DNA of 57,647 bases from Chiloscyllium plagiosum (lineage: Eukaryota), in NCBI RefSeq assembly GCF_004010195.1, contig NC_057750.1:5194159-5251805 (forward strand), read 5' to 3'. The translations under genes were made by a program, and so were the position numbers. The notes under the pieces were generated by a model, which saw nothing but the letters and a program-made list of their open reading frames with translations, did no database searches and was not told where the DNA came from. This document shows, one piece after another, positions 49,975 through 57,647 of this stretch (position 1 is its first letter; each line of letters starts with the position of its first letter).

Positions 49975-50275
49975 CAGAATCATAATCCCAAGTCCACACT
50001 GATCCTCCAAAGAGCATCCCACCCAGACCAACCCTCTACCCTATCCCTGTAACCCTGCATTTCCAATGGTTATCCAACCAACCTACTCATCCTTGGACAC
50101 AATGGGCAATTTAGCATTGCCAATCCACCTAACCTGCATATCTTTGCACTGTGGGAGAAAACCAGAACACCCACAGGAAACATATGCAGCCACAGGGAGA
50201 ACATGCAAACTCCACAGACAGTCACCCAAGGGTTGATTGAACCAGTGTCCCCAGTGCTGTGAGGCAGAAGTGCCA
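49975..50275 (-). mobile_element. HE1-type V-SINE
   Basis: V-domain and tail similar to 15229-15487. Confidence 0.8.
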
Positions 50276-50334
50276 TCATTTTGGTATATATTAAATTAGA
50301 AGACAAGAAATAGATGGACAGGTAGACAGAAGGG

Positions 50335-50620
50335 TAGGGAAAGGAGGGAGGGACAGGCAGACGGAGCTGTGGGGGGTGGGGATGATCGACTAAGGCAATG
50401 ATAGTTGAGAAGGAATTTAGATACAAATGGAGTGCGAACAGTAGAAAATAGGTCAGCTTTGAAGACAGCAAACAAGACTCTGCAGGAGTGAGTGGCAATC
50501 AAAATGGAGTTTAGTATTCATGTTCTGAAGTTGCTGAACTCTCGGTTGAGTCCTGCCTCAGTGAAAAGTGAGGTGATATTCCTCCAACTTGAAAGTCTGC
50601 AGCAAGCCTAAGACAGAAAT
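50335..50620 (-). mobile_element. Old Penelope-like GIY-YIG 3' remnant
   Basis: Minus strand gives SVLGLLQ...KLEEYHLTF...GLNREFSNFR, like the end of 53530-53920. Confidence 0.55.
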
Positions 50621-51019
50621 TTTAGAAAGAGAGGAAGATCCAGCTCATTTTGCTAGCTCTGCTTGAATGGCCTCATAACTGCCCTAATTTAAATGGTAGT
50701 ATTAGTCCCACCCTTCTCTTCTCCCAAACTAAATGCAAAATTCAATCATATTATGATTGCAGCTATTATTAATCAATCATCTCACTTTGCACCATACCAG
50801 GCCAAGTCTATCTTGCTCTCTGCTTTGCTCCAGATCATGCTGTTCTGAGTAACCATTTAGAAAACACTTAACTCACCTAGGCTACCTTTGTCCACCTGAT
50901 TTTTCCAATCTATCATGAGAGAAAAGAATTACACACCAGTGTTATAATCAGGAATGTACTGCCTGAAAAGATAAGTGAAATCGGATCCATAGGTAACTTT
51001 CTAAATTCACTTTCATGTA

Positions 51020-51380
51020 TACAGCCCAGTCCACCAGGCAAATCAATCTTCCATCCATTGACTCCATCTATACTTTCTGTTGGCTCGGGAAAGCAACCAA
51101 CATAATCAAAGACCCCTCCCACACCGGTTATACCCTCTTCCGTCAGACATAAGATATAAATGCTTGAATACACACACAAACATATTCAAGAACAGCTTTT
51201 TCGCTGCTGTTTTGAACGGACCTCTCAAATGTTAATCTCTCTCTGCGACTGTAACACATTATTCTGTACTCTGTTCTGCTATCCTGATGCACTTGCATAT
51301 ATGATCTGCTGGTATAGCACACAAAACAACACTTTTCACTGTATCTTGGTACATGTGACAACAATAAATTACACTCAAAA
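51020..51380 (+). mobile_element. Rex1/Babar-type LINE 3' remnant
   Basis: LPSIDSIYT...GKATNIIKDPSH.GYTLF...FKNSFF, followed by a tail ending aataaa. Confidence 0.65.
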
Positions 51381-52064
51381 CTAAACAGTAATGGGATATA
51401 CACTTGAAGGAGGGAAAAATGTGGACTAGTGGAACTTACTGAATAGCTCAACCAAAGAGATAACACTGAGACAATTAGTCAAATTGTTGCTGTACCACTC
51501 CAAGGCTGATTACTACAAAATCCAAACTTAGAATTGGGTTTCCAGTCAAGCGCGTAGGCAGATCAGGAAATGAAGAAATCCAGCAACCTTTGTGGAAGTC
51601 AGCAATTTCCAGATAGATGAAGTGAACCACTGCAAAATACCAGAAATGTGCAACAGCAACCAAAACTGTGGAGTGAAAAATGCAGACATGGGGCATCTAA
51701 AACAAGTCTTTTTTCACTTCTTAGCTCTAGCCTTGGGAGTAATTTTAAAATTTTTTTTTCAGCTTGTCCACTGAAAACAAGAGCAGCCACATCCAGATCT
51801 GGGTCAGTCGAGGGAAAGAGCTTTTATTTACAGACTCTCTTGTCTTTGGAACATATTTGGTTGCCTCACAGCTAAGGGGTCAGTGTTCAAGTGTGGTCAT
51901 CATTCTTACATGGGCAAATTCTGCTATCAATTTGTGCAGAGTAAAATCCTGGTAATAGCAAATTAGACAATCAAGATGATATGGGGGCTTTGGGAGAGAG
52001 GTGTAGTATTAGTTTAGAATATTATAGCAAAAGGCCAGCACAAACTTAACAAAAAGTTCATGAA

Positions 52065-52315
52065 ATTTGAGCATTGCTGGCTTCGATAGCCTTTATTGTC
52101 CATCCTTCGAGCACAGTTAAGCGTCACCACGTTGCTGTAGGCCTGGAGTCTGACGTATGCCAGACCAGGCAAAGACAGCCATTAGTGAACCAGATGAGTT
52201 TTTATGACAATACCCAATTTCTAACTGAATTCAAATTTCACTGTGCTACATGGGATTTCAACCGGTGTTCCTATAATATCAGCCAAAGGGTACTAGTCCA
52301 GTAACACAACACCAC
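52065..52315 (-). mobile_element. SINE family 2 copy
   Basis: Similar to 2030-2487. Confidence 0.6.
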
Positions 52316-52380
52316 AATGGACTGAAGACCATTTTCTGTGCTGCAAATCTCTATTGTTAGAATTCTACAAAGCCACTTAC

Positions 52381-52541
52381 AGCATCAGCCAGGACCTCAC
52401 TCTTTGCTGGAAGGATATGAGCAATGCGAACATGAGGCACTAGATCGGAAACTATTTCACGGAGTTGGGCTGAGTCCAAGTCCCGCTTCTTCACTCCACG
52501 TTTGTTGACGCTGTGTGCTGTCCCATTCAGTAAATTGGGCT
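52381..52541 (-). CDS. BTBD7: BTBD7-like internal coding exon (first exon in window, 161 nt, phase 1 to 0)
   Basis: Translates (E)PNLLNGTAHSVNKRGVKKRDLDSAQLREIVSDLVPHVRIAHILPAKSEVLADA, matching recalled BTBD7 EPNLLSGTAHSVNKRGVKRRDLD...ILPINSEVLSDA. Acceptor ttatgtag, donor GTAAGT. Upstream exons are not found in the window. Confidence 0.92.
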
Positions 52542-53124
52542 CTACATAATGGAAAAGGAAAAGCAAAGCTTTAGTTACAAAATCTGATTTCAATGTTCCT
52601 TTACTACGAGTCGTTTTGCACCAAGTGCTTCGCTCAAAATCAAAAGGCAGCCAGCTCTATGTTCTCAGGTCTCTGATGAGATTGCTTTACAAAAGTGAGC
52701 AAACAGCATAGTTAACTCATTTCTCTTCCATTTGGCATGTCTATGCTATAACTTGGCATTTATTTATAATCAAGTTTATTGTTGAGGGAGACTCAAGTCA
52801 CATAAATCCACATCCCATCAGGGAAATGGAACAAGAAACTCAGCAGATACTGCCTGAATTTCTAGGTTTTGAAGATATGTTGGGAGCGAGCTGAAATATA
52901 GGACAGAATTTAAGCAAAGTAGGAAACTAAACTGAATAAATTCAGAGAGTGGCTTAATACTTCAAATATAGCTGAATTCTGATCATGGATCCCATTGTAT
53001 TGAAAACTCCCATTAACTGGGGCTCAGTGCCAAGTGACCAAGATTTATCAGAATATAAATTTAATCTTAAACCGGTAGACTTCAAGCTGTTCTTATTTTT
53101 TAAAAAAGCCTGGGAAAATTGGTG

Positions 53125-53435
53125 AAGTTGTGGTAATGCCTGGGGAGACAGTTTCAAATCCCATCAATTTAAACTCAATTAGCAAAATTTGGAATGTAAA
53201 GCTAGTCTCAGTAAACTGTGACATGTAGCGTTGACTGTCATTAAACAGAAATCTACCTAGTTTGTTAATGTCATCTAGAGAAGAAAATCTACCACCCTTA
53301 ACTGGTCTGGCTTACACTGATGTGACTCCAGACCCATAGCAATGCAGTTGATTTTTAACTGCCCCCAGAAATCAAGGAGATAGCAGTAAGGGGTGGGGAA
53401 TGAATGCTGGCACTCCCAGAAACACCCAAATGCCG
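53125..53435 (+). mobile_element. SINE family 2 copy
   Basis: ctggtctggcttacac..gtgactccagacccatagcaatg core. Confidence 0.65.
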
Positions 53436-53529
53436 TAAAGAAAAATGGGCACAAGTAGCTAATCAAGCTTCACAAATGAGGAAGCTAATGGACATTGGAA
53501 GAATAAATTTAAAATTGGCTCCCCACACC

Positions 53530-54195
53530 CATTGATATCTTCTCAGCTTGCAAAACCTGCGCCCACACCTCCTCCCTCACCACCCTCCAAGGCCCCAAAG
53601 GAGCCTTACACATCCACCAATGTCATTTATTGTATCTGTTGCTCCCAATGCGGTCTCTGGGAAGACTGGATGCCTCCTCGCAGAGTGCTTCAGGAAACAT
53701 CTCCAGGACGCCCGGACCAATCAACTGCACCACTCCGGGGTTCAACATTTCAACTCCCCTTCCCACTCTGCTGAGGACATGCAGGTCCTGGGCCTTCACC
53801 ACCACCGCCCCCCTCACCACCCAACACCTGGTGGAAGAACACCTCATCTTTTGCCTTGGAACACTTCAACCCCAGGGCATCAATGTGGACTTCACCAGTT
53901 TCCTCATTTCCCCTCCCCCCAATTCCAACCTTCCAGCTCAGCACTGTCCTCATGACCTGTCCATCTCCCTTCCCACCTATCCACTCCACCCTCTTTTCTG
54001 ACCTATCACCTTCATCCCCACCCCATTCACCTATTGTACTCTTTGCTACCTTCTTTCCCCCGCCCAAAATTCTCTCTCCACCCTGGAGGCTTCCTGCCTC
54101 TATTCCTGATGAAGGGCTTTTGCCCGAAACGTCGATTTTCCTGCTCCTTGGACGCTACCTGACCTGCTGTGCTTTTCCAGCACCACTCTGATCTA
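53530..54195 (+). mobile_element. Penelope-like element 3' end (GIY-YIG remnant plus family B terminal repeat with hammerhead)
   Basis: TSTNVIYCICCSQCGL...HFNSPSHS.EDMQVLGL...EEHLIFCLGTLQPQGINVDFTSF; CTGATGA at 54106-54112, GAAACGTC at 54126-54133. Confidence 0.88.
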
Positions 54196-54379
54196 AACCC
54201 CTTGATCATGTTTAATACAATCAATCAGTCTTTCATTGCTACTCAATACTAACTCGGTTTAATATATTCTGAGAGGTTAATTCCATACAGTGAATTGGCT
54301 GCACAATAACTCTACCCCCCCCCACTCAGACTGAAGGCAGCCATCCAGGAACATCATAAATGTGTCTCAAGTTCTGCGG

Positions 54380-54700
54380 TATTCTAGAGCATGAGAAGGT
54401 CTGGACAGAGCAGACAGGGAGAATATGTTCCCACTCTCAAAAAAATCAGCAATGAAGGGGAACAGATTTAAAATGCTTGGCACAGAAAATGAGAGACACA
54501 AGAACACACAGCAGGCAGTACGGTCAGGAATGCACTACTTGAGAGTGAGATGAAGGCAGCATCAAAAGGGAATATTATCTGACAAGGAAGAATGTGGAGG
54601 GTTACAGGGAGATAGTGACAGCGTGATACTCAGTGAATTGTTCATCCAAAGAGCTGGCAGACACAATGGGCTGAATGGACTCTTTCTGCACTGTAACAAT
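54380..54700 (+). mobile_element. Old CR1 3' fragment
   Basis: gggaacagatttaaa...ggaatgcactacttgagagtg...gggctgaatggactct. Confidence 0.6.
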
Positions 54701-55823
54701 TGAGATTACAGTAAATCGTACTCAACTGATTTTTCAATGGCACAGAGCATTTCAATTTTACTCTTTTACCTGCGAGATAATCCTATACATTGATACTTCC
54801 TGCAAGACAATTTCCCAAAACCTGCTCTCATTCACACCCCAACCCAACCGCAACCACATACACAGTTCGACTTGCTCACCCAGTTTAAAGTTTACTTGTT
54901 TACATGAACAAATATTTTCTGCTGAATTAGTCAGTGGGTGGAACATTCATTGCTGGGTTAATGATGATAACCAAAAGAGGTTTTCAGCTTTCACATTGAG
55001 GGAAGGGAAGGCAAGACAAGACTGAAGGGAGACTAATGGAATGAGAGCTTCAAAACAAAAGAACACTGAGAATATTGAATGCATTGAGATGAACAGTGCA
55101 AATGCATTGAAGGAGAGGCTAGATAAGGTACAAGGGAACATATTAACAGATAGAGACATATGGGAAGATACTGGAGAGGAGCATGAACTGGCTGGACTGT
55201 TTAAACTTTGTGCTGTACATTCAAAGTAAACAAAATTCTAGAATTCAACGTAACAGGGATGAGGTTTGGCATTTTCAATTATTGTAATAATGCTCCTAAC
55301 CACGATGTTTACTGAAGTGCTGATGTGGAGATGCACTTGAACTAGGTTGTGTACAAATTAAACCTTCAACGAGTAATTGCACATTTCAGATCCTGAGCAG
55401 GCAATAAAATTAAAATGGGAGGTTTCACAAACCACTTTGGCGAGAGATTTTTGTCACTATGATATAAATGTGCAATAAATAACAATAATGAAAAGAAATC
55501 AAAGTATATAAGCACACTCTGTGTGCCGCAATGTGTTAATTCAGGTGTCAGTACTCTACAAATAAAAGCAATTATGATCGCAGCAAGAGAAGTGCCAATG
55601 TGAATAGAGTCTGGCTCCAAACTAGTCGACACATGCAATCATCCAGATTCAACTATTACCGGTTTTTAAAAGGAGCCATCCACACCCATTAATTACTACA
55701 TTACTTTAAACAATCCTTCAATGCATTAAAAACAAAAATCAAACTTTGCATCAGCCCTCATGCATCACAGCTTTAACAGGCACAAGTCAAATTCATCCTA
55801 CCAAGGATGCCAATTTAGAAGAG

Positions 55824-55931
55824 ATTTGGAGATGCCGGACAACCACCTGAAGAAGGAGCGGCGCTCCGAAAGCTAGTGTTTCCCAATAAACCTGTTGGGA
55901 CTATAACCTGGTGCTGTGTGATTTTTAATTT
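55824..55931 (+). mobile_element. PLE family A single arm with intact hammerhead core
   Basis: aaccac-CTGAAGA-a-GGAGC-ggc-GCTCC-GAAA-gc-TA/gtgttt. Confidence 0.8.
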
Positions 55932-56374
55932 AGAGGAACAATAGATTGTCAGGAAAACAAAGAATAAAATGTTGTATAAAACAAGAAACCTCCCCCCCCA
56001 CCTTCTGCACATGTGGTATCAAGCTGAGCTGCAGTTGTACAGCTTGACCTGCGCTACCCCTAAAGTGGCTACACTTCATGTGTGTGAACTAGACAATAAA
56101 CATCAGGTGGTTATTCAAGCATAAGGTTATCTCAATAAGATCTTTTCACAGCAGAGAGCGGCGCGAGCTGGGCGGAAGTGAAGTTGGAGCGCAGAGCTGG
56201 TTGGGAAGGTAAGTGATTGATATTTGAGTGGGTGTGTTCTAGACCCCAGACCCTACAAAGTGCACAGGTAAGCTACTCAGTGTTCTTGTTTTGGAGACTA
56301 AGTGCAAAGTAATGGCAGCGCAGGCAGTGGAATATTCCTCCTGCAGGATGTTTGAGGTAGGGGTGACCACCGAT

Positions 56375-56392
56375 NNNNNNNNNNNNNNNNNN
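56375..56392. other. Assembly gap (18 N)
   Basis: Run of N. Confidence 1.
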
Positions 56393-57388
56393 GGGGGGGA
56401 CGGCCTAGCAGGGGTAAGCTGCAGTGACCGGGTCTCTGGCATGAGGTCCGGCTCTGAGGCTCAGAAGGGAAAGGGGGAGAGGAGGAGAACGCTAGTTATA
56501 GGAGACTCTATAGTTAGAGGGATGGACAGGCGATTCTGTGGACATGGGCAAGACTCTCGGATGGGTTTGTTGCCTCCCGGGTGCCAGGATCCAAGACGTC
56601 TCGGACCGTGTCTTCAGAATCCTTAAGGGGGAGGGTGTGCAGCCAGAAGTGTTGGTGCACGTTGGCACCAACGACATAGGTAGGAAGAGGGGTGAAGAGG
56701 TCATTCAGGAGCTCAGGGAGTTAGGCTGGAAGCTAAAAGCTAGGACGGACAGAGTCGTCATCTCTGGGTTGTTGCCGGTGCCACGTGACAGTTAGGCAAG
56801 GAATAGGGAGAGTGTGCAGTTGAACACGTGGCTGCAAGGATGGTGTAGGAGGGAGGGCTTCAGGTATTTGGACAATTGGACTGCATTCTGGGGAAGGTGG
56901 AATCTGTACAAGCAGGACGGGTTGCACCTGAACCAGAAGGGCACCAATATCCTGGGAGGTAGGTTTGCTAGCACTCTTCAGGGGGATTTAAACTAATTTT
57001 GCAGGAGGAAGGGATCCAGACTTGTAGTCCAGCAAGTAGGTTAGCTGTTTGTCAGGATGTCCAAGAACGTAGGGAGGCTGTGGAGAAGGTAGCACTGACA
57101 GGGAATATTTGCGGACACAGAGATGGGTTCAAGTGTGTAAAATTCAATGCAAGGAGTATCAGAAATAAGGGGGGTGAACTTAAGGCGTGGATCGGTACCT
57201 GGGACTACGATGTTGTGGCCATCACGGAAACATGGATAGAAGAGGAACAGGAATGGTTGTTGGAGGTTCCTGGTTACAGATGTTTTAGTAAGATTAGGGA
57301 GGGTGGTAGCGTTGCTAATTAGAAATGGTATAAAGGCTGCAGAAAGGTAGTTCGAGGGGGATCTGCCTTTAGAGGTAGTATGGGCTGA

Positions 57389-57634
57389 AGTCAGAAATAG
57401 GAAAGGAGCAGTCACCTTGTTGGGTGTTTACTATAGGCACCCCAATAGAAGCAGAGATGTGGAGAAACAGATTGGGAAACAGATTTTGAAAAGGTGCAGA
57501 AGCCACAGGGTAGTCAGAAATAGGAAAGGAGCAGTCACCTTGTTGGGTGTTTACTATAGGCACCCCAATAGAAGCAGAGATGTGGAGAAACAGATTGGGA
57601 AACAGATTTTGAAAAGGTGCAGAAGCCACAGGGT
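57389..57634 (+). repeat. Perfect 123-bp tandem duplication inside CR1 ORF2
   Basis: 57389-57511 is identical to 57512-57634. Confidence 0.9.
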
Positions 57635-57647
57635 AGTAGTCATGGGC

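Larger units (their letters stand above)
56150..57647 (+). mobile_element. 5' part of a CR1 LINE: 5'UTR, ORF1 SGNH esterase, start of ORF2 endonuclease (disrupted)
   Basis: LVIGDSIVRG, CCLPGARIQDV, VHVGTND, DGLHLNQKG, then FNARSIRNK...DVVAITETW. Frameshifts and stops are present. Confidence 0.92.

Overview
Eukaryotic, repeat-rich genomic DNA, almost certainly from a shark or ray (inferred from HE1-type V-SINEs, HER1/CR1-type LINEs and SacSINE1-like DeuSINEs). Two host genes lie on the minus strand. (1) The last six coding exons of a BTBD7-like gene (52541 down to the stop at 29990; all splice phases join in frame, one intron has a GC donor). (2) The 95-nt first coding exon (7381-7287) and GC-box promoter of an ITPK1-like gene, which the ORF track misses. 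Both are clearly diverged from the human proteins as I recall them, and the genes that separate them in human (LYSET/TMEM251, GON7, UBR7) are not seen here. This suggests a retained paralogous (ohnolog) ITPK1-BTBD7 block. The rest is nested CR1/L2-group LINEs, three SINE families, a Rex1/Babar remnant and many Penelope-like (PLE) fragments. The most striking non-coding signal is at least four families of short, often fold-back PLE-derived elements carrying minimal hammerhead ribozyme cores (CUGANGA-stem-GAAA-palindromic ACGU/AGCU), some on both strands of one hairpin. Repeat boundaries are approximate, and family names and human comparisons come from memory, not from database searches.
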